Of a stretch of 64,000 bases of DNA, positions 50,593-59,926 are shown piece after piece; the stretch's first letter is position 1; every line of letters begins with the position of its first letter. The notes under the pieces were generated by a model that saw nothing but the letters and a program-made list of their open reading frames with translations, made no database searches and was not told where the DNA came from. The position numbers and the translations under genes are program-made. Origin of the DNA: Deferribacterales bacterium (GTDB taxonomy: Bacteria; Chrysiogenota; Deferribacteres; Deferribacterales; Geovibrionaceae); NCBI GenBank assembly GCA_050253075.1, contig JBFWJS010000004.1:213685-277684 (forward strand), in the 5' to 3' direction.

Positions 50593-52137
50593 TTATTTCA
50601 TCATGAGATTTCCGAAAAATGGGAAATCCATACTGTTAACGATATCAAGCATGTTCATGCCTTCTTTACCTGCCCAGCTGATGTACTGCCAGTGGAGAGG
50701 AACGAAAGCAGCGTCTTCATAGAGAAGTCTCTCTACCTGCTGAAGCATAGCAGCACGCTTTGCTACATCTGTCTCTACCTGAGAAGCCATAACGAGCTTA
50801 TCTACCTCAGGGTTGCAGTAGTTACCGCTGTTGTACTGGCCGTAGCCTGTCTCTTTGTTAGGACACATAGTGAGGTACTCTGTAAAGTTAGAGGAGTCTT
50901 CTGTGTCTGAGTGCCAGCCTATCATCTGAATGTCTGCTACCTGAGCATCGAATTCATCCCAGTACTGAGCTTTAGGCATTGTTTTAAGGTTTACTTTGAT
51001 GCCTATTTTACCGAGCATAGAAGCAGCAGCCTCTGCTATCTTCTCGTCATTTACGTATCTGTTGTTAGGAGCGATCATAGAAACTTCGAAGCCTTTCTCG
51101 TAGCCTGCTTCCTTCATAAGCTCTTTAGCTTTTTTAAGGTCGTAGCGGGGCTTGAGGTCTTCTACGTATCCGAGGTAGCCTTTAGGTCCCTGCTGAGCAG
51201 CAACGTCACACTTGCCTTTCATGATCTTATCAGCGATACCCTGATTGTTTATAGCGTAAACCACGGCCTGACGTACTCTCTTATCTTTGAAAGCAGGCAC
51301 ACGGTTCTGGTTAAGCTGAAGGGTGATGATTCTCGCTTCGTTCATAGATGCGAGCTGGATGCCCTTTGTCTTTTCGATTCTGTCGTAGTCCTGTGGCGGA
51401 ACAGGCTGTATCCAGTCTACGTCGCCTGAAAGGAGGGCAGCCACTCTTGTAGCGCCGTTCTTAATAGGAGTGAAGACGATAGTATCAACGTTACCTTCGT
51501 TGTTCCAGTATCCGTCGAACTTCTGCAGAACCATTTTAACGCCCTGCTCACGCTCTTTTACATAGTATTTACCTGTACCGGATTCGTTGAGGTTTGCGAA
51601 GGAGTAGTCTGTTTTAACGATTGCGTCTTTATCAAGGCCTTTCTCATCTTTGCCTGAGTAGAACTTGCTGTCCATAGGGAAGATGTATGTAGCCATGTTA
51701 AGGAGAAGAGGATAAGGACCTTTTGTGGTGATGTCCACTGTATAGTCATCAACCGCTGTCACGCTTGCGAAAGGCTCAAAGAGGCCTTTGAAGTCGCCGC
51801 TTTTTTTAAGTCTTTCAAATGTCCAGACAACGTCTTTAGCTGTAAAGTCGTTTCCGCTGTGGAATTTAACACCTTTGCGGAGGGAAAATCTAACTGTTGT
51901 AGGGTTGATTCTTTCCCATTTTGTAGCCAGTCTAGGCTCGAAATCCATCTGCTGTGTCCAGCGCACAAGCGGGTCGAACACCATGTGGGAGTATTGGAGC
52001 ATACCGCCTGAAAGCTGTACATGCGGGTCAAGGGATACAGGGTCTGCATCCATAGCAAGACGAAGAGTTTTCGCCTGTACCTGAGCCGTGAAAGCAAGTG
52101 TAACGGTCAGGATGAAAAGCATAATAAGTTTCTTCAT
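50593..52137 (-). CDS. dppA: Peptide ABC transporter substrate-binding protein (SBP family 5)
   Basis: Signal peptide, SLDPH, LRKGVKFHSG, FKDKRVRQA. Confidence 0.93.
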   Translation of the reverse strand: MKKLIMLFILTVTLAFTAQVQAKTLRLAMDADPVSLDPHVQLSGGMLQYSHMVFDPLVRWTQQMDFEPRLATKWERINPTTVRFSLRKGVKFHSGNDFTAKDVVWTFERLKKSGDFKGLFEPFASVTAVDDYTVDITTKGPYPLLLNMATYIFPMDSKFYSGKDEKGLDKDAIVKTDYSFANLNESGTGKYYVKEREQGVKMVLQKFDGYWNNEGNVDTIVFTPIKNGATRVAALLSGDVDWIQPVPPQDYDRIEKTKGIQLASMNEARIITLQLNQNRVPAFKDKRVRQAVVYAINNQGIADKIMKGKCDVAAQQGPKGYLGYVEDLKPRYDLKKAKELMKEAGYEKGFEVSMIAPNNRYVNDEKIAEAAASMLGKIGIKVNLKTMPKAQYWDEFDAQVADIQMIGWHSDTEDSSNFTEYLTMCPNKETGYGQYNSGNYCNPEVDKLVMASQVETDVAKRAAMLQQVERLLYEDAAFVPLHWQYISWAGKEGMNMLDIVNSMDFPFFGNLMMK

Positions 52138-52428
52138 TAATTCCTCCTGTAAGAGTCGGGCATAATCACAAATTAATAGTTTTTAAGATTTTGCCGAATT
52201 TAGCTTAGCTTAACAGTTAGTTTTATCACAATTTTCTCACAGAAGCAACGCCCTCTATATATGCATATTTTCATACTTATAAATCACATAGTTCAGTTTA
52301 ACTTAAAATTTTTCACTCTAACTTTCCTCCCGTGAACATATGTCACTTTGCTCCCATTAATGAACTTTCCATATGCAATGTTTTCAATAAAGTAGTATCA
52401 TTTTAAACAGACCTTTATGGAGGTTTAC

Positions 52429-53055
52429 ATGAAGAAGACCCTTCTCTCGTTTCTCTTAGCTGCTTTCACATCCGTGACATCATACGCAGGCGACATCATA
52501 GACGAATGGAGCGATGTCATAGCGCCTGCCGCACCCAAACTTTTCGAAGTAGAGGCGTCCGCATCGGACACAGCCCTGCTTATACTCGATATAGAAGAAC
52601 GCACATGCAACGCAGACCGCAGACCTAGATGCCTCGACACAGTACCCGCCATAGCCGCACTGATGAAAAAGGCGAGGGAAGCAGGCATGACAGTGCTCTA
52701 CAGCACCACAAGCAAAGGCACTCCCGAAACTATCCTCCCCCCTGTGAGACCTCTCGAAGGGGAGCATGTGGTGAAATCCAGCGTAAACAAATTCTACGGG
52801 ACAGACCTGGACACAGAGCTGAAAAAGAGAAATATCAAAAATGTGATAGTGACAGGCACGGCAGCACACGGAGCCGTACTACACACCGCCACGGCAGCAT
52901 CATACATGGGGTATAAAGTTATAGCCCCCGTGGACTGTCTCTCGGCGGCAGAGCTCTACACAGAGCAGGCAACGGTATGGAACCTCGCCACAGGCCCCGC
53001 AAACAGAAACAGCACCACACTGACAAAGTCAGGAATGATAAAAATAACCAAATAG
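52429..53055 (+). CDS. Exported isochorismatase/cysteine-hydrolase-fold protein
   Basis: Signal peptide, TALLILDI, VVK...FYGTDL, VIVTG, APVD. Confidence 0.85.
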   Translation: MKKTLLSFLLAAFTSVTSYAGDIIDEWSDVIAPAAPKLFEVEASASDTALLILDIEERTCNADRRPRCLDTVPAIAALMKKAREAGMTVLYSTTSKGTPETILPPVRPLEGEHVVKSSVNKFYGTDLDTELKKRNIKNVIVTGTAAHGAVLHTATAASYMGYKVIAPVDCLSAAELYTEQATVWNLATGPANRNSTTLTKSGMIKITK

Positions 53056-53065
53056 GACGTGCATA

Positions 53066-53509
53066 TTGAAGATATCCACCGCAACACTTAGTGATGTACC
53101 CGAGCTGTGCGGGCTTCTCAGCATACTGTTCACACAGGAGGAGGAGTTCAAGCCGGACTTTCAGAAACAGGCCGAGGGGCTGAATAAGATAATCGAAAAC
53201 CCCGAGACCGGATGTATACTGAAAGCAGAGGCAGACGGACGCATCATAGGGATGGTAAACCTGCTTTTCACCATCAGCACATTCACGGGCGGGCGAGTCT
53301 GTATTCTGGAGGACATGGTGGTTCTGCCGGAGCAGAGAGGCACGGGAACAGGCGCAAAGATACTGGAAGCAGCGAAAGACAAAGTGAGAGAGATGGGGTG
53401 CTCACGCATCACTCTGCTCACCGACGGCAGCAATGTCAGAGCACAAAAATTCTATAAACAGCACGAATTCGAACGCTCAGACATGGTCGCTATGCGCTAC
53501 TTCGTATAA
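53066..53509 (+). CDS. GNAT-family N-acetyltransferase
   Basis: EDMVVLPEQRGTGTG, NVRAQKFY. Confidence 0.9.
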   Translation: MKISTATLSDVPELCGLLSILFTQEEEFKPDFQKQAEGLNKIIENPETGCILKAEADGRIIGMVNLLFTISTFTGGRVCILEDMVVLPEQRGTGTGAKILEAAKDKVREMGCSRITLLTDGSNVRAQKFYKQHEFERSDMVAMRYFV

Positions 53510-53523
53510 GGTGCGGATGAGTT

Positions 53524-54150
53524 ATGACAGATAAGATCATCATACTGGGCACATGCGGACACGCAAAGGTTGTGAAAGAGCTGGCGGAGGACTGCGGATA
53601 CGAAGTTCTCGGCTTCGCAGGGAACAACAAGCCCGTAGGCGCAAAAATACTGGACAAACAGGTGCTCTGCACCACTGAAGACATAGCAGACATGCTGTCT
53701 GAAACAAACAAGATAGCCGTGGCGATCAGCGCAAACACCGTGAGGGAAAAGCGTGCGGAATTCGTACGCTCGCTCGGATTTGAGACACCTTCGCTTATAC
53801 ACCCCTCATGCTGTTTCAGCAAAAGCGCAGACGTAGGCACGGGAACCGTCATAATGGCGGGCACAGTCGTAAATGCCGAGGCATACATCGGCGATTTCAC
53901 TATTATTAACACAGGGGCGACAGTCGACCACGAATGCAGAATAGGTGACTTTTGCCACATCTCCCCGGGGGCTAATCTGGGCGGAGAAGTCACAATAAGA
54001 GACCACACACAGGTGGGTGTGGGTGCGGCAGTGCGTGAGTGCATCACCATCGGCAGGAATGTCATGATAGGCGGAAGCGCCTTTGTCGCATGCGATGTAC
54101 CCGATAATGTAACCGCTATCGGCGTACCTGCGAAAATAAGGCAGCCTTAA
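53524..54150 (+). CDS. NeuD/PglD-family sugar acetyltransferase (hexapeptide repeats)
   Basis: GTCGHAKVV, LIHPS, INTGATVDHEC, GVPAK. Confidence 0.92.
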   Translation: MTDKIIILGTCGHAKVVKELAEDCGYEVLGFAGNNKPVGAKILDKQVLCTTEDIADMLSETNKIAVAISANTVREKRAEFVRSLGFETPSLIHPSCCFSKSADVGTGTVIMAGTVVNAEAYIGDFTIINTGATVDHECRIGDFCHISPGANLGGEVTIRDHTQVGVGAAVRECITIGRNVMIGGSAFVACDVPDNVTAIGVPAKIRQP

Positions 54151-54205
54151 ATTTCTGTTGATTTAACAGACGTTCAGAGCAATTATAATACTAAAGGAGT
54201 CTGTT

Positions 54206-54688
54206 ATGTCACTGCTTAATTTCGAGATGCCGCTCCTCAACGGCAAGATGCAAGACCTCAACGAATACAGCGGGAAAGTTGTTCTCGTGGTGAACACTGC
54301 GAGCAAGTGCGGGTTTACCCCTCAGTATGAAGGGCTCGAAGAACTCTACCGCAGATATAAAGATCAGGGGTTTGTGGTGCTCGGATTTCCTTGTAACCAG
54401 TTCGGCGGGCAGGAACCCGGCACAGAGGAAGAGATCGAAGACTTCCTCGCATGTAACTACACCATCACATTCCCGATATTTTCCAAAGTGGACGTGAACG
54501 GCGAAGACCAGCATCCATTCTTTCGTGCGCTTAAAACAATGGCGCCCGGCACTATGGGCACAAAGCCCATCAAATGGAACTTCACAAAGTTTCTCATCAG
54601 CCGTGACGGTACGAGCGTCGAGCGTTTCGCTTCATCAAAGCGCCCTGAAAAGCTCGAGTCAGCCATAGAAAGAGAGCTGGCGAAGTAG
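54206..54688 (+). CDS. Glutathione peroxidase family protein (Cys type)
   Basis: NTASKCGFTPQY, GFPCNQF, KWNFTKFL. Confidence 0.95.
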   Translation: MSLLNFEMPLLNGKMQDLNEYSGKVVLVVNTASKCGFTPQYEGLEELYRRYKDQGFVVLGFPCNQFGGQEPGTEEEIEDFLACNYTITFPIFSKVDVNGEDQHPFFRALKTMAPGTMGTKPIKWNFTKFLISRDGTSVERFASSKRPEKLESAIERELAK

Positions 54689-54787
54689 CAAGGGACTTAA
54701 AAAACGTGTTGAAATTTTGAAGTAAAATAAGAAAAACCCCAATTTTAATAATAAGATTGGGATTTTTATGTTTCAGGATAATTTTTT

Positions 54788-54870
54788 CGTCATCCTGAGG
54801 CTTTAGCCGAAGGATCTGAGCACGTGGATTCTCTAATGATATCAGATTCTTCGCTACGCTCAGAATGACG
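54788..54870. repeat. CGTC-type palindromic repeat, copy 4
   Basis: CGTCATCCTGAGG...GAAGGATCTGA ... TCAGATTCTTCG...CTCAGAATGACG. Confidence 0.8.
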
Positions 54871-54933
54871 TATCTGTGTTTGTTTTAGGGATTCTGGCAA
54901 CAAATCTTTTAAGGGGCTGGGGCGAAGCAGTCC

Positions 54934-56364
54934 TTACTTCTTCAATCCTAAAAAATATAATATCCCGTCCTGCTTTACCAGCAGGGCTCCGTCCACCTTT
55001 TCGTCTATCTGTACGGAGTCGCCTATCTTCGGCAGGTTCTCCGCTGAGGAACGTGCAAGGAACAACTTCCCCTTTCGCTCCAGTATAACCAGATCAAGGG
55101 GTGATTCGAACCCCTCGGGCGGTGTGTAAAGCCTTGTGGCGGAATATATCTTATACTTCTTAGTGTCTTTTATCTCTTTAGATTCGACAGGTTCATATAC
55201 CAACGGTTTAGCCAGAGGTTTCGTCTTTGCACCTGTCTTTTTCAGTATGGTGACAAAGTTGTTCGTGGCGAGCCCGCCTATGCTCTGTGTCAGAGCCACG
55301 TCAGTCTTTTCAGGAGTTATCTCCGCAGGGTATCGTCCGGACATTATCTTATAACACTCGACAACCTGCGCCAGACCCGATGCACCAACGGGATGCCCTC
55401 TCGACTTCAGACCGCCGCTGATATTAACGGGGAGTCTGCCGTCGTGGTAACCCTCTTTATTCTTATAAAAGTCTTTTACCTCTTCTGGCTTCAGCAGGAG
55501 CGTGTCTATCAGCCCCACCACCTCAAATGGGGTAAAGGCATCGTGTATCTCAGCGAAGTCAACATTCTCAGGACCGAATCCCGCCATGTTGTATGCCGCT
55601 ATGGCTGCCTTCCGTGTGGAAGGGAAGCCGGTTATACTGCTCCGCTTTGTGAGAGCCTGTTTATCTGTCCCCTGCCCGACGCCCGCTATCATCACACTGC
55701 TCTTTTCGGATGATATGAGCAGAGCTGCGGCACCGTCGCTTATGGGCGAACAGTCGTAAAGTCGCAGCGGTTCGGCTATATATTTACTTTTCAGGTAGTC
55801 GTCTTTTGTTATGTCTCTTTTGAACTGGGCTTTCTCGTTCAGCTTTCCGTAGTGATGGTTCTTTATGGCGACAGCGGATAGTATGTCGGCAAACTTCTTG
55901 TCGTTCAGCCCCTGTTCATAGGCAAATCTGCGGGCACACATAGCAGCCAGTGACGGCATGCTCGCCCCTGTTTTCCTCTCGTTTGGGTCTATCACTTCGG
56001 ATATTATCTTTGTCACCTTCGGAGTGGACAGATGGGTCATCTTTTCGGCGGCTATCACCAGCACATTCTTATACAGCCCCGCCTTTACCGCTGCATAGGC
56101 GAGGTTCAGCACGGCTGCCCCTGTGCTGGATGCTGTCTCTATCCTCACTGAGGGCACACCCGAGAGCCCAACCCTGTCTGTGACATATGAGGCGATGTTC
56201 CCCACGCCGGTGAACGCCTCCGGGTTCATCAGACCGAGGTAAACGGCATCAACCTCCGACAGGTCGGTGTTCATGGCTTTTATAGCTTCACGTATCTTTT
56301 TGATAAGGTCTTCGTCAGATTTGCTGAAGAGCGACAGCCCGCCGGCCTTGATATATACACTCAT
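54934..56364 (-). CDS. SCP-x/archaeal-type thiolase-fold protein with C-terminal DUF35-like OB-fold
   Basis: DCSPISDGAAA, EIHDAF, VNISGGLKSRGHPVGASG; tail IYSATRLYTPPEGFESP...KIGDSV. Confidence 0.85.
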   Translation of the reverse strand: MSVYIKAGGLSLFSKSDEDLIKKIREAIKAMNTDLSEVDAVYLGLMNPEAFTGVGNIASYVTDRVGLSGVPSVRIETASSTGAAVLNLAYAAVKAGLYKNVLVIAAEKMTHLSTPKVTKIISEVIDPNERKTGASMPSLAAMCARRFAYEQGLNDKKFADILSAVAIKNHHYGKLNEKAQFKRDITKDDYLKSKYIAEPLRLYDCSPISDGAAALLISSEKSSVMIAGVGQGTDKQALTKRSSITGFPSTRKAAIAAYNMAGFGPENVDFAEIHDAFTPFEVVGLIDTLLLKPEEVKDFYKNKEGYHDGRLPVNISGGLKSRGHPVGASGLAQVVECYKIMSGRYPAEITPEKTDVALTQSIGGLATNNFVTILKKTGAKTKPLAKPLVYEPVESKEIKDTKKYKIYSATRLYTPPEGFESPLDLVILERKGKLFLARSSAENLPKIGDSVQIDEKVDGALLVKQDGILYFLGLKK

Positions 56365-56498
56365 AAAAGCCCCCTTCGATAATATATAATGAGATAATTA
56401 CGGTGTGTTATCAAGCCTATTTGATTTGTGGATTATATAAATAAAAAAGGGCCGGAAGAATACTCCCGACCCTAAATAGTTTTCAATTGTCTGAGTGC

Positions 56499-56783
56499 TT
56501 AGTAGCGATCGTTGCCGAAGTTACCTCTAGGCGCTCTAGGAGCTCTAGGTCTGGCTTCATTCACTGTGAGCGGTCTGCCCAGCATCTCAACACCGTTAAG
56601 TTCTTCGATAGCGGCTTTAGCCTGCTCATCGTCTGCCATTTCAACAAAACCGAATCCTTTGGAACGGCCTGTTTCGTGATCTGTGATAATTCTCACAGAG
56701 GCTACATCGCCGAAAGATGTAAACATATCTCTGATTTCATCTTCCTGAGCTTTGTAAGATAAGTTACCAACGTAAATGTTCAT
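56499..56783 (-). CDS. RRM-domain RNA-binding protein
   Basis: RNP2 IYVGNL, RNP1 KGFGFVEM, VNEARPR; start at MNIYVG. Confidence 0.95.
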   Translation of the reverse strand: MNIYVGNLSYKAQEDEIRDMFTSFGDVASVRIITDHETGRSKGFGFVEMADDEQAKAAIEELNGVEMLGRPLTVNEARPRAPRAPRGNFGNDRY

Positions 56784-57027
56784 GATACCTGATACTATCC
56801 TCAAATTTTCGCCAAAAAACACATCTATCGACTGTTTATCCTGGCGAAAAACATTTGGGACGAACATCGATATCCTGTCACAGGGACCTTGCCAAAACAT
56901 GCAAAAAAGCTCTTAACCCGCACCAGCAGTACGTCTTAGGGCTTTCTTACTATACAAGGAAAAAATATCACTGTTTTTTACGCTTCGCAATACTATTTTA
57001 TAAACTCATGAAAAAATTCTTTATTGC

Positions 57028-57852
57028 CTAACTTCCGAAACTCACTCTGTTAACAGTGATTTCGTCCCTTACTACACCTCTGTAATATTTAACAGAGGGT
57101 TCACCGACAAGCATCGCATATGCGACCTTGTGACCTTCGGGGATGTTTAAAAGCACCTTTATCTCCGGTGCCAGCTGAAAGATATACATAAGGAAGCCAA
57201 GCCAGACAGTACCCAGCCCCATAGCAGAGGCCATAAGCTCCAGATAGCTGAGGGTGATCATACCGTCGGCATCAGGGCAGGGGCCGTCCTCGGGAAGCGA
57301 CGCCACAACAAGGTGCGGAGCTCCTCTGAAAACAAGGTCTTGCCCATTCCTGAAAGCTCTCACCACGGAAGAGAAGAATTCCCATCCGCCTTTCAGCTTT
57401 TCTTCGGCATCGAGCTTTTCCAGATGAGCAATAACTTTTTCTCTGAAGGCGTCCATATCTGCCATGTTGTCTATCACATGGAGCTGAACCGTGCGAGTGT
57501 TTTTACCTGTTGGCGCATTCGCAGCAGTTCTGAACAGCTTCTCCAGCTTTTCCTGTGCTACATCCTTCTTTTTAAACTGGCGCACGGAGCGTCTGTTCCT
57601 GATGAGGGCATCCAGTGCCTCTTCCGTGGCGCAGAGCTTTCTGTCCACGCAGTCATCAGGGCTGACTCCCAGTATGCCGAGCGCAGCAGTAGGGCAGACA
57701 GCCACACAGTGCTGACACTTCATACAGTGCTTTTCACGCTCTTCCTTGATGAACGGCAGTCCGTCCGTCATCTCAATGATCTTGATAGGGCAGTCTTTTA
57801 CACATTGCCCGCATTTCGTACATTTTTCCCCGTCGATCTTAAAATCAAGCAT
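57028..57852 (-). CDS. Nitroreductase with N-terminal 2[4Fe-4S] ferredoxin domain
   Basis: CTKCGQCVKDCP, CMKCQHCVAVCP, RRSVRQF, APTGKN, GLGTVW. Confidence 0.93.
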   Translation of the reverse strand: MLDFKIDGEKCTKCGQCVKDCPIKIIEMTDGLPFIKEEREKHCMKCQHCVAVCPTAALGILGVSPDDCVDRKLCATEEALDALIRNRRSVRQFKKKDVAQEKLEKLFRTAANAPTGKNTRTVQLHVIDNMADMDAFREKVIAHLEKLDAEEKLKGGWEFFSSVVRAFRNGQDLVFRGAPHLVVASLPEDGPCPDADGMITLSYLELMASAMGLGTVWLGFLMYIFQLAPEIKVLLNIPEGHKVAYAMLVGEPSVKYYRGVVRDEITVNRVSFGS

Positions 57853-58256
57853 TATAATACTCCAAATTTTTTCAGAACCTCGTCGGGCAGTTTTGGTCTG
57901 CCTGTGTCGCTGAGCCCCGTGCCTGTGATCTCGGCCTTCAGCACCAGCTTGTTATCCGCTGTTCTGTATATATCCTGTTCAAAGATGATGCGCACCTTTG
58001 AGTGAGGCACAATGTTTATACCTATCCAGAATTCGTCTCCGCTGCGGAGTGATGTTTTATACTCCAGCACGGCCTTAGCCACTATGAGGTATATCCCCTT
58101 CTCTGCGTATTCCGCAAAGTTAACGCCTTTGCTGATGAGGCACTCATGCCTCGCATGCTCCAGATAGTTCATATACACACTATTATTGACAACGCCTTCC
58201 ATATCCAGTTCATAGTCTCTTACTTTAAAATCCAGCCTGAAATCATATTCCTTCAT
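57852..58256 (-). CDS. Acyl-CoA thioesterase (YbgC/4HBT family)
   Basis: VRDYELDMEGVVNNSVYMNYLEHAR. Confidence 0.92.
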   Translation of the reverse strand: MKEYDFRLDFKVRDYELDMEGVVNNSVYMNYLEHARHECLISKGVNFAEYAEKGIYLIVAKAVLEYKTSLRSGDEFWIGINIVPHSKVRIIFEQDIYRTADNKLVLKAEITGTGLSDTGRPKLPDEVLKKFGVL

Positions 58257-58376
58257 ACCGCACCTCAGTCGGTATCATACATGGAAAGCTATTTTTACGT
58301 CAACCGAACAAAAGCAGAGATATTTTGTCTTTATAATATCAGCGTATTGATTATTTTAAATAAATGAGGTGATACC

Positions 58377-59447
58377 ATGAAGGGCATCAAACTGGCTATT
58401 TTCGCTGTAATAATAATTTTATCGGGGGCTGTCATGTCAGAAGCAAAGACCAAAGAAGCAATTTTCGCAGGGGGCTGTTTCTGGTGTATGGAGCCGCCCT
58501 ATTCGTTCATAGACGGAGTGCAGGACGTATCCGCAGGATACACTGGCGGAGACGTTGAAAATCCGACATACGACGAGGTCTCCACAGGACGCACGGGACA
58601 CTACGAGGCGATACGCATCCTATACGACCCTGAAAAGGTCGAATACGCAAAACTTCTGGACATTTTCTGGATGAACATAGACCCCACAGACCCGGGCGGA
58701 CAGTTTGCCGACAGAGGCACACAGTATCTCACGGCGGTATTTTATACCGATGCTGAGCAGAAAGCTGTGGCTGAGATGTCCAAAGAAGCACTCAATAAAT
58801 CAGGCAAGTTTGACTCGCCTGTGGTGACGGCGATACTTCCTGCCGAAAAGTTCTACGTGGCAGAGGACTATCATCAGGACTATTACAAAAAGAACCCCGA
58901 CCACTACAACAGATATAAGATAGGCTCCGGCAGAGCTGGCTTCATCGAAAGGAACTGGGGAGAAAAGCTGAAAAATATGAAAAAAGATAAAACTACCGAC
59001 TGGAAAAAGTTTGAAAAACCAGAAAAATCCGAGCTGAAAGGCATGCTTTCGGACATGCAGTATGAAGTGACACAGAACGAAGGAACCGAGCGGGCCTTCA
59101 GCAATCAATACTGGGACAACCACGCAGCGGGCATTTATGTAGATGTAGTATCCGGCGAGCCCCTTTTCTCATCCACGGATAAATACGACAGCGGCACAGG
59201 CTGGCCCAGCTTTGTGAAGCCGCTAGTCCCGAATCTTGTCACAGAGCATGTGGACAAGGGCTGGTTTTCAACCCGCACGGAGGTACGCAGTAAAAATGCA
59301 GACAGCCACCTCGGACATGTTTTCCCCGACGGCCCTGCCGATAAGGGCGGGCTGAGGTATTGCATCAATTCGGCTTCGCTGAGGTTCATCCCTGCGGATA
59401 AGCTAGAGGAAGAGGGCTACGGAGAGTTTAAACACCTCTTCGAATAG
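58377..59447 (+). CDS. msrAB: Bifunctional peptide methionine sulfoxide reductase MsrA/MsrB, probably exported
   Basis: [36 protein letters not shown]-terminal hydrophobic signal. Confidence 0.96.
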   Translation: MKGIKLAIFAVIIILSGAVMSEAKTKEAIFAGGCFWCMEPPYSFIDGVQDVSAGYTGGDVENPTYDEVSTGRTGHYEAIRILYDPEKVEYAKLLDIFWMNIDPTDPGGQFADRGTQYLTAVFYTDAEQKAVAEMSKEALNKSGKFDSPVVTAILPAEKFYVAEDYHQDYYKKNPDHYNRYKIGSGRAGFIERNWGEKLKNMKKDKTTDWKKFEKPEKSELKGMLSDMQYEVTQNEGTERAFSNQYWDNHAAGIYVDVVSGEPLFSSTDKYDSGTGWPSFVKPLVPNLVTEHVDKGWFSTRTEVRSKNADSHLGHVFPDGPADKGGLRYCINSASLRFIPADKLEEEGYGEFKHLFE

Positions 59448-59493
59448 TTAATATGTTTATATTGTGATACCTTTGATAATACGGAGGTATCAC

Positions 59494-59622
59494 ATGAAGA
59501 AATTATTGGCTATAGCTCTCATAGCGGTTTTCACCCTTACCATAGCAGGGTGTGCGGGTAAAGCAACAGCGCCAGGTCAGATAAAGAAGACGACAGGGAC
59601 AAACCCCAAAGCTAAAAAGTAA
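59494..59622 (+). CDS. Small 42-aa basic lipoprotein
   Basis: GGAGGT RBS; MKKLLAIALIAVFTLTIAGCAGKATAPGQIKKTTGTNPKAKK; lipobox IAGC. Below the ORF-track length cutoff. Confidence 0.8.
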   Translation: MKKLLAIALIAVFTLTIAGCAGKATAPGQIKKTTGTNPKAKK

Positions 59623-59663
59623 TTAAATACAGTAGTTTACAAAAAAGATTAAAAAAGTTTCAA

Positions 59664-59697
59664 AATAGCCCTTGCAAAATTTAAAGCAGGGGCTATT
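59664..59697 (+). terminator. Hairpin after the lipoprotein gene, overlapping the putative promoter of the metY leader
   Basis: AATAGCCCTTGC...GCAGGGGCTATT stem containing TTGCAA...TATTAT. Confidence 0.5.
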
Positions 59698-59720
59698 ATC
59701 CTCTGAAAGGCATAATTAAA

Positions 59721-59828
59721 ATGATAGCATTAAACAGTAACTCAAACTACAGCCTGAACGCTTCCCAAGCTACAGCATGTGCTATCGCTATGTCTATGTC
59801 CATGATGATGCAGCTCCTCGCTGCATAA
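59721..59828 (+). CDS. Putative Met/Cys-rich regulatory leader peptide of metY (35 aa)
   Basis: MIALNSNSNYSLNASQATACAIAMSMSMMMQLLAA; AAAGG RBS; 5 ATG in 7 codons; ends 98 nt upstream of metY. Confidence 0.7.
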   Translation: MIALNSNSNYSLNASQATACAIAMSMSMMMQLLAA

Positions 59829-59926
59829 TTATATAACCCCCAACAATACAATCTATCTTTGGCTTTAATCTCTGAATTGCAGGGATTGTTATAACCTATT
59901 TTATTTACAATATTGGAGAATTTATT

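Noticed and set aside
54206..54688. Glutathione peroxidase, MsrA and hydrogenase as possible selenoproteins
   Set aside because: All have Cys codons at the catalytic positions and uninterrupted ORFs.
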